DNA of 36,589 nt, taken from Promethearchaeota archaeon (GTDB taxonomy: Archaea > Asgardarchaeota > Lokiarchaeia > Sigyniarchaeales > SOKP01). Position numbers and translations under genes: made by a program. Position 1 is the stretch's first letter, and the number at the start of each line of letters is the position of its first letter. The stretch is taken from positions 1 through 36,589 of the forward strand of contig JAEOTZ010000053.1 in NCBI GenBank assembly GCA_016839585.1. The letters are read 5' to 3'. Under the pieces are notes generated by a model. The model made no database searches. It worked only from the letters and a program-made list of their open reading frames with translations, and was not told where the DNA came from. Below are positions 28,009 through 36,589 of this stretch, one piece after another.

Positions 28009-28833
28009 ATGAGTGAAAACATAATATTAATAGAGGAAAACGAAGATAAAACCATTACCACAATAAAAATGAATCGTCTTGATAAAAAAAATGCGATGAA
28101 TTATAATTTAATGGCGGGGCTTCTAAAAGCTATAGATAAAGTTGAACGTACTAATACAAGAGTTGTTATTATTACCGGAGGAGACGAATTCTTTAGTTCA
28201 GGAATAGATTTAAACTTTCTTACTGGTCAAGAGAAAGACCCTGAAGGTGTTATTCCTGATTTACGAATTCCGCGGAATTTCAGATATTTCGCAAATACTT
28301 GGATCCATCCAATCTTCACGAAAATTGAAAAGATGGAGAAGCCAGTAATAGCTAAAATAAATGGATATTGTTTTGGAATGGCTTTTGAACTCGCTTTAGC
28401 ATGCGACTTTCGATTCTGTACAGAATCAGCTGAGTTCCACATGCTGGAGAGCAAGATAGGACTTTCACCAGATGTGGGCGGTACTATTAGACTAACAAGG
28501 CTTGTGGGCATCCAAAATACCAAAGATATCATTTTAACTGGACGTAAATTTGATGGAAATGAGGCTTATAGATTGGGAGTGGTAAATCGTGTTGTTAAAA
28601 CTCATAAAGAATTAGATTCAATAATTAAAATGTATACTGACGAACTTATGACGAGTGGTCCTTTAGCTGTTGGACTTGCTAAAAAACTGATTGATGATTG
28701 TTATGGTAAGGACACCGCTTTTGGGTTGGAATTAGAAACACTTGTAAGCTCTCAATTACTACAAACAAAAGATGCTATGTCAGGTGCATTAGCTCGTCTT
28801 CAAAAAACAAATCCTAAATGGCGATGGAAATAA
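28009..28833 (+). CDS. Enoyl-CoA hydratase/isomerase (crotonase) family protein
   Basis: NRLDKKNAM, FSSGIDL, KPVIAKINGYCFGMAFELALACDFR, ESKIGLSPDVGG. Confidence 0.92.
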   Translation: MSENIILIEENEDKTITTIKMNRLDKKNAMNYNLMAGLLKAIDKVERTNTRVVIITGGDEFFSSGIDLNFLTGQEKDPEGVIPDLRIPRNFRYFANTWIHPIFTKIEKMEKPVIAKINGYCFGMAFELALACDFRFCTESAEFHMLESKIGLSPDVGGTIRLTRLVGIQNTKDIILTGRKFDGNEAYRLGVVNRVVKTHKELDSIIKMYTDELMTSGPLAVGLAKKLIDDCYGKDTAFGLELETLVSSQLLQTKDAMSGALARLQKTNPKWRWK

Positions 28834-28989
28834 TAAGGTTTTTTACACCGAAGATGAAATAATTGAACAACGATTAGAAGAATTTTTAGAAAGAAAAAAA
28901 GAGTAAATTAATTAGTATAACTAGTCCATCAATTTAAGGTTTATAAGTTCTTTGACAATTTATATATACTATTTGTTCTTATAACATAG

Positions 28990-29020
28990 TAGTGATATAG
29001 ATTGAAAGTCTATATCATTA
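28990..29020 (+). promoter_or_regulatory. 13-bp hairpin at the predicted 5' end of the DUF3303-like mRNA
   Basis: TAGTGATATAGAT-TGAAA-GTCTATATCATTA (2 G-U pairs), ~24 nt after TATA-like TTTATATA (28959-28966). Confidence 0.55.
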
Positions 29021-29043
29021 ATAAATCCAATTATAATTAAAAT

Positions 29044-29370
29044 ATGGTGGAATGTAAAATTTTATTTATCACACATTGGGAATTAAATCCAGATTTTGAT
29101 CCTAGTGAGTTAGCTGATTTGGCGCAAACTTTTCTCACCAAAAAGTTATTCCCTGCTGAAGGTGTAGAAATAATAGGTTGGTATGTTACCCCTGAGTATT
29201 GGGGTATATCAATATCAAAAGCCGATAGTGAAGAGGCAGTGATGAGAGAAGCAACGGGGTGGAGAATAGCGAAACCTGGAATTTTTACAAGCTTTCGAAT
29301 CTCTCCTGCTATGGAGGTTGCTCAAGTATTACCATTAATTACACAATTAAAGAATAAAATCAAAGGTTAA
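29044..29370 (+). CDS. DUF3303/GYD-like small dimeric alpha-beta barrel protein
   Basis: LFITHWEL...P.EGVEIIGWYVTPEYWGISISKADSEEAV...W...PAM pattern. True start may be ATT 29059. Confidence 0.6.
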   Translation: MVECKILFITHWELNPDFDPSELADLAQTFLTKKLFPAEGVEIIGWYVTPEYWGISISKADSEEAVMREATGWRIAKPGIFTSFRISPAMEVAQVLPLITQLKNKIKG

Positions 29371-29582
29371 AGAATTCTATACTCAAAAACAAATTTAATT
29401 AAATCCTTTTTTTTTCTTTTATTATTCTAAGAATTTAATGATGAGTGATTTCAGTTTTATTTGAACCTTCGGAAATATATAAATTGATCTTTGATTAAAT
29501 ATGTAATTTTTTTATGGAAAACGGTGAAAAAACCTTAAATAGAACTTAAATTAGATAAAAAAAAAGACTCAAGACTAATATT

Positions 29583-29681
29583 AAAACATTAATAAATTCA
29601 CAATTACTGCAAACTAAAGATGCTGTTTCTGCCGCTCTAGCTCGTTTAACTAAGACTAAACCAAAGTGGAAATGGAAATAA
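29583..29681 (+). pseudogene. Orphan 3'-end fragment of a homolog of the 28009-28833 crotonase
   Basis: Translates KTLINSQLLQTKDAVSAALARLTKTKPKWKWK* versus ETLVSSQLLQTKDAMSGALARLQKTNPKWRWK*; no start codon. Confidence 0.88.
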
Positions 29682-29798
29682 AAATTTTTTTATCTATTTT
29701 TTTTTTAAAAAAATTACAGGTAAAGTTGGAAGAGTCAATACTTAGAAATATTAAACTTAATTATTTTGTTAGTATTATTAACTTTTGAGGGAATTAAA

Positions 29799-30524
29799 AT
29801 GGATTTTAAAAACAAAACCGTTATTATAACTGGGGGAGCCGGAGGTATAGGAAGTGAAACGGCTCTTTTATTTGCTAAAAATGGTGCGAACATCGTAATA
29901 AATTACTTAACATCAGTAAATGAAGCTGAAAAGTTGGTAAAATCAATCAAAAAAATGGGTACCGAAGCGATTTCGTTCAAAGCTGACATTTCTAATCCAG
30001 AAAAAGTTCAATCGATGATAAATGAAATTATAAAAAAATATGAAAAAATCGATATTTTAGTGAATAATGCTTCAAAACATCCCCCTCCGATGTTTGATTT
30101 CGAAAATCCCGATTGGATCCTTTGGAAACAAATGACTTTTGTTAATATTATGGGCATACTTATTTGTTCTCATTTTTCAGCTCCATTCTTAAGAAAAACA
30201 AATGGAAATATAGTGAATGTTGTAATGGATTATGATCCAGGCGGTTTAGGGTATGTTCTTACTAAAACAGCAGGTACTCCATTGACGCGTGGTCTTGCCC
30301 GACAATTAGCTCCAGTAAGAGTAAATGCAGTATCTCCTGGTGTAATTGAGACTTGGAAAATGAGTAAAGAAGAGAAAGAAAGTTGGCTTCCTACAATTCT
30401 ATTAAAAAGAATTGGTCAACCGCTAGATATTGCCAAAACAATTCTTTTTCTAGCTTCTGAAGCTGCCTCTTATATTACTGGTGAAACTATTCATGTTGAT
30501 GGTGGTCGTCAATTAATGGTTTAA
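29799..30524 (+). CDS. Short-chain dehydrogenase/reductase (classical SDR; pteridine-reductase/FabG-like)
   Basis: TGGAGGIG, DILVNNAS, YVLTK catalytic motif, VRVNAVSPG, ITGETIHVDGG. ATG 29799 follows GAGGG (track starts at TTG 29766). Confidence 0.9.
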   Translation: MDFKNKTVIITGGAGGIGSETALLFAKNGANIVINYLTSVNEAEKLVKSIKKMGTEAISFKADISNPEKVQSMINEIIKKYEKIDILVNNASKHPPPMFDFENPDWILWKQMTFVNIMGILICSHFSAPFLRKTNGNIVNVVMDYDPGGLGYVLTKTAGTPLTRGLARQLAPVRVNAVSPGVIETWKMSKEEKESWLPTILLKRIGQPLDIAKTILFLASEAASYITGETIHVDGGRQLMV

Positions 30525-30602
30525 TTATAATCTATAGTCGTCAAAGTTGATAAATAAAATTAGAAATATTAATAGAAAAAAAAAGATCAAAAGCCTTATT
30601 AT

Positions 30603-31019
30603 GTGTTTAAGTGTGACAAATGTGCTCAATATATATACGTAAATACAAAACAAAAAACAAAAAAGTGTCTAAGGTGTGGGTGTACACATCAAGTTAAAAA
30701 TATTAGAGAAAAAAAAATAGAGTCCGAAACAGTTCTAGGATTAACAACTGCAGTCAATAAAATAAAAGAACTGCAAAACACGTTTGCTATTCAAGAGCTC
30801 GGGAAAACTCCTGACCTTAGAACCGAAAAAGATTTTCATGTCTTTAAAAAGAGCAAAACCCCAGAGATGCCACGTATAAACAAAAAGAATGAATTAAAAA
30901 AAAGCGAAATTATTAATAAAGCGCTTCAGAAATTATTTAAATCTTATATGCAAGTTCTTTATTATTTAAAACCAAGTTCAATACTCTCGTTCGATGATCA
31001 TCATATGAAAGAACCCTAA
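30603..31019 (+). CDS. DUF1922-like Zn-ribbon protein, possibly 5'-damaged
   Basis: FKCDKCAQYIYV...QKTKKCLRCG. The GTG start lacks an RBS, and the frame continues upstream as KKKDQKPYY to stops at 30570-30575. Confidence 0.6.
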   Translation: MFKCDKCAQYIYVNTKQKTKKCLRCGCTHQVKNIREKKIESETVLGLTTAVNKIKELQNTFAIQELGKTPDLRTEKDFHVFKKSKTPEMPRINKKNELKKSEIINKALQKLFKSYMQVLYYLKPSSILSFDDHHMKEP

Positions 31020-31159
31020 ATTTGAAAAAATTAAAATTTTGCTCTTTTTTAATAATGATCTATAAGCATTACATTCAAGGCGTTAAACCTCTTTCAAAAT
31101 GTTTAAATATCAAATTACCCTCAATTAATATTACCTAACTTTTGTTCGAGATTTTTATT

Positions 31160-31471
31160 ATGACCATAAAAAATATTAAATTTAAAAAGAAAAAAGTGAA
31201 ATGCCCGAATTGTGGAACTAAGAAGAGTTTTCTTGTCTCTCCTGATCTTGTGAACACAAAAAATTATTGTTCCTCATGTGGTTCAGAAATTGACACTAGG
31301 CGAGAAATATGGAAGTATCAATGTAAAGCTTGTAAGTATAAATTTGATAAACCTGACTTGGCGCTAGGTTTAGGTTTAGGAAAATGTCCTAAATGTGGTT
31401 CTAAGCGAATAAAATACACTGCAAAGGGGAGGGCAGGAAGAATTGTTGGTGACATTGTTACGAGTTTGTAG
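31160..31471 (+). CDS. Small basic multi-Zn-ribbon protein
   Basis: Four CxxC pairs: CPNCG, CSSCG, CKAC, CPKCGS. ATG 31160 preferred over TTG 31142. Confidence 0.75.
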   Translation: MTIKNIKFKKKKVKCPNCGTKKSFLVSPDLVNTKNYCSSCGSEIDTRREIWKYQCKACKYKFDKPDLALGLGLGKCPKCGSKRIKYTAKGRAGRIVGDIVTSL

Positions 31472-31832
31472 GATTCAGGGACCTAATAAATTGGATTTGC
31501 CCTATGGTGAAAGAAATTCCTTTAGCCGCATTTATTATTGGAGTTGATATTGAGAATTCTTCACAAGAACATCAGAAACCTCAGGAGATAAAGCCATTCA
31601 TTTTAACTTCAATTTGCTCTTGGAGCCCATTTTTTACCGAACTTAATGATTTCTTTTAAGACAATTTCTATTGGAGATCATAATCACTACAAGAATGATT
31701 AATTATTAAAATGTCTTTCCGTCCTTTGATCTTTTATAAAAATGTTTGAATAATAAATTCTAATAGAATTCGAACTAAAGAAAAATAAATATGAAGAGTC
31801 TATTCTAAAAAAAAGATTAAAAAATTTTAAGT

Positions 31833-33026
31833 TTAAGTTAAATCCAAATGGAGATCCTTTAAAGGGTAAGATACACATGGATGAATGAACCCAAATTCTT
31901 GATCTATCTCTCGTATTATTACTTCAGGAGGTACAAATACTTTACCAGAAACAAGTTTTGTTCTACACAGAGCACAGGCACCTGAACGACAACTATTATT
32001 AATCTCTAAGCCTAATTCCTTTTCTCGTTCAAGACTGTTTAAAATTGGCTCAGTGCATTGAGCTTCAAAAATTTCTTTTTGTTTCTTTCCTTGTTTTATA
32101 AATTCAACAGAAATATTTACTTTTTTTGAAGCATCAATACCTTCAGGCCATCCCATTACTTCTGTTATATCATCTGGAACTCCAAAAGCTTCATAAATAA
32201 TACGATGTCTAGGGACACCCATTGCTTTTAATTGTTCTTCTATGAAGAAATACATCGACCTATTTCCAACCACATAGAAATATTTATTATCAGCTGATCC
32301 AATTTCATTTAATATTTCTTCTTTTGTAATGAATCCACAGGCTCCGTTCCATCCAGATTCAGGTTCTGAAAGGATATATTTAATTCTGATATTTAAACGG
32401 CGCGACTGTATGTCTTGTAGCTCCTCTCTAAATAATATGTCTTTCTCAGTTAAACACCCAAATATTAACCAGACGTTCAAGGGCAACATACGCTCAGAAA
32501 TGTATCTTAACATTGAAATAAAGGGTGTTATTCCACTCCCACCAGCAATAAAAACTAAATCTTTTCCGTGGAAAATTCTGTTATAATATAAATTTCCCAT
32601 AGGTTCTGTAGCTTCTAAGATATCACCAACCTTTATGTTATCAAGAATATAAGGACTAACAAAACCCCCTTCCTTTCTTTTTATTCCTAACTCATAGTAA
32701 GCAAGTTGATTTGGAGAAGAAACAAGTGAGAAAGCACGAGAAGTTCTCACTCCATTAATTTCGACGGTTAACCCAATATATTGACCTGCTCGGAAAGGAG
32801 CTAATAATTTATTTGGATTTGCTGAAATAAATCGGTATAATTTTGTATCATGGGAGAGTTGTTGGATATCTGATACTTGTAATATTTGTTTTTCAGGATG
32901 AATCCTATTACAGAGATTTTCTAATCCATCAAAATACCAAGGAATGGGTTGTACTTCATCTCTCCACTTTTTTAACTTTTCTGCTTTTTGATATTTTTTT
33001 ATGTCTGCCATAATATCTTTTTCCAT
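31833..33026 (-). CDS. FNR-type FAD/NAD(P)-binding oxidoreductase with C-terminal [2Fe-2S] ferredoxin (PaaE/KshB-like architecture)
   Basis: FRAGQY, RAFSLVSSP, GGFVSPY, IAGGSGITPF, CRSGACALC...PCVSYP. Confidence 0.9.
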   Translation of the reverse strand: MEKDIMADIKKYQKAEKLKKWRDEVQPIPWYFDGLENLCNRIHPEKQILQVSDIQQLSHDTKLYRFISANPNKLLAPFRAGQYIGLTVEINGVRTSRAFSLVSSPNQLAYYELGIKRKEGGFVSPYILDNIKVGDILEATEPMGNLYYNRIFHGKDLVFIAGGSGITPFISMLRYISERMLPLNVWLIFGCLTEKDILFREELQDIQSRRLNIRIKYILSEPESGWNGACGFITKEEILNEIGSADNKYFYVVGNRSMYFFIEEQLKAMGVPRHRIIYEAFGVPDDITEVMGWPEGIDASKKVNISVEFIKQGKKQKEIFEAQCTEPILNSLEREKELGLEINNSCRSGACALCRTKLVSGKVFVPPEVIIREIDQEFGFIHPCVSYPLKDLHLDLT

Positions 33027-33029
33027 TAA

Positions 33030-34583
33030 TTACCACCTCCCCTCTCGTATATCTCTTAAATACATTCCTGCGGCAATTCTTCCACTAAGAATCGATGAAG
33101 AAAATCCCCCTCCAATATTAGTCCACGCACCTACTTGATATAGTCCCGGAATGGAACCTCTGCTTTTTAATCTTAATGTTGGACCATCTAAAATATCTTG
33201 CGTGTAACCATATATAGCGCCTTCTATATTTTTTGAATAGCGATAATAGGTGAGAGGAGTTGCGGTTTCTGCTACCTCTATATAATCTCGAATATTAGGG
33301 CAGATAGTATCTTTAATCATCTCAACCATTTTATCAGCAATATGATCCTTAATGTGATGATATTGATCAGGCGAAACACTTTGCCATAGCTTACCCATTT
33401 GTAGTGTAGTAAGAACGAGCTGTGTAGTGCCAGGAGGACTTATATCTTCATAAATATGATTATAACAAGCAGCAACTAGATACTTAGGAGGGTCAAGTTT
33501 AGTAAATGATTCATAGGCTTTTTTTAGATCATCTGTTTCATTGATGAAGGTTTCATGAACATTAAAACCTAATTCTTTATATGAGGCGTTAAGTCCTATA
33601 TATACTGAAAATCCTGATGGTCCTATTTCAGGAGCATAGATCTGCTTTTTGTAACTTTCTGGTACAACTTCTTGTGGAAGCATTTTCATTGTGGTACAAA
33701 TGGGATTAATGTTTGAAATAACCGCATCACAAAGGTATATATCCCCATTAAGAAGTTCTACACCACATGCTCTACCATTTTCTACTAGAATACGATCAAC
33801 TAGAGCATTATATCGTACCTCTCCTCCTAATTCCTCAAACGATTTTACCATGGCACTTGTAAGAGCATGTGATCTCCCCATTGGAAAAGCGGCACCAAAT
33901 TTTAGATATGTTATTAACATGGCTAAAAATGCATAAGCATTTACTCTATGAGGTGGTAATCCCAGATAGCCCCATAATTGTGCTATAAGGGCCATTAACC
34001 GTTTATTGGTAAAAAATTTTTCAAATACTTCCGCTAATGTAAGACCTGATACACGAGCAAGCCAAGGATGTTCCTTTAAAACTTCAGCAGCGGAATATTT
34101 ACCTCTTTTATGCACAATAAATTCAATACCTGCTAATACTGCCTTACACATTTCCATAAAATCTTCTATTCCTTTCGTTTCAGAAGGAAATAATTCAATT
34201 AGCTTATTAGTATACTCTTCAACACCAATTGGCATTGTGACATCGTATCCATCTAGAAATACACTTCGATAAAATTCGGGGACTTGTTTAAATTGAAGTT
34301 TATCGGGGATTACTCCAAGTCTTTCCAAAAAGCGGTATAAGCTCCCTTGGTTTTCTTGCGTACCCATATCACTTAATTCATGGAGAGCTCCTTCAAATTC
34401 AAACCGACCCCTAACAAATGAAGTTGCAAAACCACCAGGGACATTATGCTTTTCGAGTAATAAGACTTTTTTCCCAACATAAGCAAGTTGACAAGCAGCA
34501 CCCAATCCTCCTAGACCAGCGCCAATAACTATAATTGGATACCTTGAAACAACTCGACTTTTATCAAAATCCTTTCCTTCCAT
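33030..34583 (-). CDS. Phytoene desaturase/RetSat-family FAD-dependent oxidoreductase
   Basis: VIGAGLGGL, LEKHNVPGGFATSFVRGRFEFE, PMGRSHAL, ATPLTYYRY...GAIYG, PGLYQVGAW..GGG. Confidence 0.88.
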   Translation of the reverse strand: MEGKDFDKSRVVSRYPIIVIGAGLGGLGAACQLAYVGKKVLLLEKHNVPGGFATSFVRGRFEFEGALHELSDMGTQENQGSLYRFLERLGVIPDKLQFKQVPEFYRSVFLDGYDVTMPIGVEEYTNKLIELFPSETKGIEDFMEMCKAVLAGIEFIVHKRGKYSAAEVLKEHPWLARVSGLTLAEVFEKFFTNKRLMALIAQLWGYLGLPPHRVNAYAFLAMLITYLKFGAAFPMGRSHALTSAMVKSFEELGGEVRYNALVDRILVENGRACGVELLNGDIYLCDAVISNINPICTTMKMLPQEVVPESYKKQIYAPEIGPSGFSVYIGLNASYKELGFNVHETFINETDDLKKAYESFTKLDPPKYLVAACYNHIYEDISPPGTTQLVLTTLQMGKLWQSVSPDQYHHIKDHIADKMVEMIKDTICPNIRDYIEVAETATPLTYYRYSKNIEGAIYGYTQDILDGPTLRLKSRGSIPGLYQVGAWTNIGGGFSSSILSGRIAAGMYLRDIREGRW

Positions 34584-34696
34584 AATATTTACCCTAATTT
34601 GATTTATTTTTAATCATTAGAAATATTATTATAATTCAACATATAATTTTTTAAACTTTTATAATTGTAAAACTTTTTTAAAGAGATTCTTCATCG

Positions 34697-35512
34697 TTAG
34701 CGTCCTATAAAAATTGCGTCTCTTTTTTCTTTCAATGCTGCCATTGACTCTTTAAAGTCATGAGAAGCAAAAAGTTTTCTTAGTGCTTTATTTTCTAAAT
34801 CCAAGGTTTTATTTAAAATATCTTTAAAGTAGGCATGCATAGTTTTTTTCATTAATTTTATTGATAAACTTGCTCCTTTGGGGGGAATGAGTCTTAAAGC
34901 AATTTCTCTAGCATAAGAAATTAACTCATTCTTTGGGAGCACTTTATTAACAATTCCTAATTCATACGCCTCTTGAGCAGTAACTTTTCGACCAAAGTAG
35001 CAAATTTCTTTAGCTCTTTGAAACCCAACTAAAAAGGGCAATAAGAATGTAGTTCCAAATTCGGGAATTATACCTCTTCTGCTAAAGTAAAAACCAAACC
35101 AAGCATCTTCAGCCATATAAATAAGATCTGCTCCGGCTAAAGGCATCGTCACACCTCCTCCTATAGCCATTCCATTAATGGCAGCAATAACAGGTTTAGT
35201 AAAATCCCAGAATTTTAAACATAATTTTTTCTGAGCAATATCCATGAGATCAATTTCTGGATATTTTTTCATCTTAGGAAACATTTCTTTTTTGAAATAT
35301 CCTCCTGAAGTAAAAGCGTTGCCCTTTGGATCTCCTGTTATTATTAAAACTTTTGAATTTTTATCCTTTTCCATGTCATCCAAGACTTTATATATTTCTA
35401 TAAAAGTAATATAGGTTACTGCATTTCTTCGTTCAGGTTTACTAATTGTAACTGTACAGATACCATTCTCTTCTTTCTTATAAAAAATATCTTCGAAATC
35501 TTCAATACTCAT
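34697..35512 (-). CDS. Enoyl-CoA hydratase/isomerase family protein
   Basis: KPERRNA, AFTSGG, KPVIAAINGMAIGGG, RRGIIPEFG, DFKESMAALKEKR. Confidence 0.9.
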   Translation of the reverse strand: MSIEDFEDIFYKKEENGICTVTISKPERRNAVTYITFIEIYKVLDDMEKDKNSKVLIITGDPKGNAFTSGGYFKKEMFPKMKKYPEIDLMDIAQKKLCLKFWDFTKPVIAAINGMAIGGGVTMPLAGADLIYMAEDAWFGFYFSRRGIIPEFGTTFLLPFLVGFQRAKEICYFGRKVTAQEAYELGIVNKVLPKNELISYAREIALRLIPPKGASLSIKLMKKTMHAYFKDILNKTLDLENKALRKLFASHDFKESMAALKEKRDAIFIGR

Positions 35513-35713
35513 TTTTGCTTAAATCTGAATTAAATTATGATATATACGATAAATGAATTATTTTTGTAAAACTTTATCTATAGTTTTGTCAAACTAGTTA
35601 ACTTAATTGTATAAGATATTTTGAAGTTAAAAGATTTTATATTCCATTAACTCATATCAAATATATTAATTATCTTAATAAAAAAAAGAAATAATAAGCG
35701 GAGATAATAGAAA

Positions 35714-36589
35714 ATGGAAAAAGTAGGAATTGTTGGGACGGCTCAGACAAAATATGAAGCAGATAAAATTGATCAAACCTGTTCAGATCTAGTATTCGAA
35801 GTGGTAAAAAAACTTCATGAAGATTTAGGAATTACGAATGATGATGTTGGTTGTGTAATAACTAGTTCTAACGATTTTAATGATGGGCGTACAATCGCTA
35901 ATATGGCGATTCAAGATGCGGTAGGATCTGTGAGAAAATCGGAATCGAGAGTTTCTGGTGATGGTGCTTTCGCTTATATTTATGGAGCTATGCGAATATT
36001 ATCAGAATATTATGATACTGTACTAGTAGTATCCCATTGTAAGTGCTCTGAAGGAAATCAGTACTTGATAAATAACTCTATCTTTGACCCTTTTTATCAA
36101 AGACATCTAGGATTAGATCAAATCTCAGCAGCAGGATTAATGGCAAATATGTATATGACTAAGTATGGAGTAAGTGAGGAACAAGCAGCGAGAGTTGTTG
36201 TAAAAAATCGTATGAATGCTTTAAATAATCCATATGCCCATTTACAAGAAAAGGTATCGTTTGAAGATGTTTTACATTCTTCAATGTTGGCATACCCTCT
36301 AAAAGAACTTGATTTCCCCCCATTTTCAGATGGAGCTGTAGCTATGCTTTTGGCAAAGGAAGAGATTGCTAAAAAGATGACAGATACTCCTGTTTGGCTT
36401 AAAGGTTATGGAAGTTGTACAGATGCATATTATCTTGGAGGTAGAAATATGACAGATCTGGTGGGATTAGAAGGTGCTGCTAAAGCAGCTTATAAAATGG
36501 CAAAAATATCTGATCCTATTAATGAGATTGATGTAGCAGAAGTATATGATGCGTTCTCAGTACATGAATTAATGAGTTATGAAGCTTTA
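35714..36589 (+). CDS. Thiolase-fold protein (SCP-x/Ltp-like), truncated by window end
   Basis: Manual translation: MEKVGIVGTAQTKY...KNRMNALNNPYAH...SDGAVAMLLA...IDVAEVYDAFSVHEL. GGAG RBS. Not in the ORF track because there is no stop in the window. Confidence 0.88.
   Translation, partial: MEKVGIVGTAQTKYEADKIDQTCSDLVFEVVKKLHEDLGITNDDVGCVITSSNDFNDGRTIANMAIQDAVGSVRKSESRVSGDGAFAYIYGAMRILSEYYDTVLVVSHCKCSEGNQYLINNSIFDPFYQRHLGLDQISAAGLMANMYMTKYGVSEEQAARVVVKNRMNALNNPYAHLQEKVSFEDVLHSSMLAYPLKELDFPPFSDGAVAMLLAKEEIAKKMTDTPVWLKGYGSCTDAYYLGGRNMTDLVGLEGAAKAAYKMAKISDPINEIDVAEVYDAFSVHELMSYEAL

Noticed and set aside
29583-29681. DGR template repeat/variable repeat pair with the crotonase 3' end
   Set aside because: Mismatches also involve G, C and T positions and are largely synonymous; no reverse transcriptase in the window.
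30570-30602. Pyrrolysine/stop readthrough at the TAG upstream of the DUF1922-like ORF
   Set aside because: The TAG is immediately preceded by an in-frame TAA; decay or slippage in the A9 run is simpler.
31504-31659. 51-codon ORF (MVKEIPLAAFIIGVDIE...) and fragmentary minus-strand frames
   Set aside because: No convincing RBS or recognisable motif; probably a decayed remnant I cannot assign.
539-34272. Short antisense ORFs in the track (e.g. 539-841, 1697-1987, 5671-6684, 7919-8206, 12927-13130, 24586-24894, 28227-28532, 33691-34272)
   Set aside because: All lie opposite well-supported genes and lack recognisable motifs; treated as shadow ORFs.
1-36589. CRISPR array, tRNA/rRNA, prophage or defence genes
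   Set aside because: No regularly spaced short repeats, no GC-rich stable-RNA islands and no matching proteins seen.

Overview
A very AT-rich archaeal chromosomal segment, most likely from an Asgard archaeon (Lokiarchaeia-like). That assignment is an inference from the GGTGA/GGAGGTGA ribosome-binding sites, TTTA[T/A]AWA TATA boxes, oligo-T terminators, DUF134/DUF1922-type Zn-ribbon proteins and a Rab-like fold protein. Most recognisable genes point to lipid/fatty-acid scavenging: an acyl-CoA ligase, a LIV-type ABC transporter, a FadH-like dienoyl-CoA reductase, two crotonases, a thiolase-fold protein and a CrtI-like oxidoreductase with an FNR/2Fe-2S partner. A GH4 glycosidase, a DapL-like aminotransferase, an MFS permease and an SDR are also present. 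I saw no rRNA, tRNA, CRISPR array, transposase or integrase. The most unusual items are: (1) an unannotated ~235-nt highly structured RNA at 19304-19540 (two long stems, a 12/13-bp pseudoknot, and an anti-Shine-Dalgarno switch) upstream of a strong RBS, a 4-codon ORF ending AAA-TAA and a +1-frame small protein; (2) a perfect 80-bp inverted repeat giving two divergent genes (an ABC binding protein and a CD36-like-topology repeat protein) identical promoters; (3) a 2745-aa protein with about 85 hydrophobic helices and a recent 128-aa internal duplication; (4) a degenerate small-GTPase-fold/Zn-ribbon protein that appears to start at ATT; (5) a diverged duplicate of a crotonase 3' end flanking a small insert. 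All family calls are by motif recognition, not database search.
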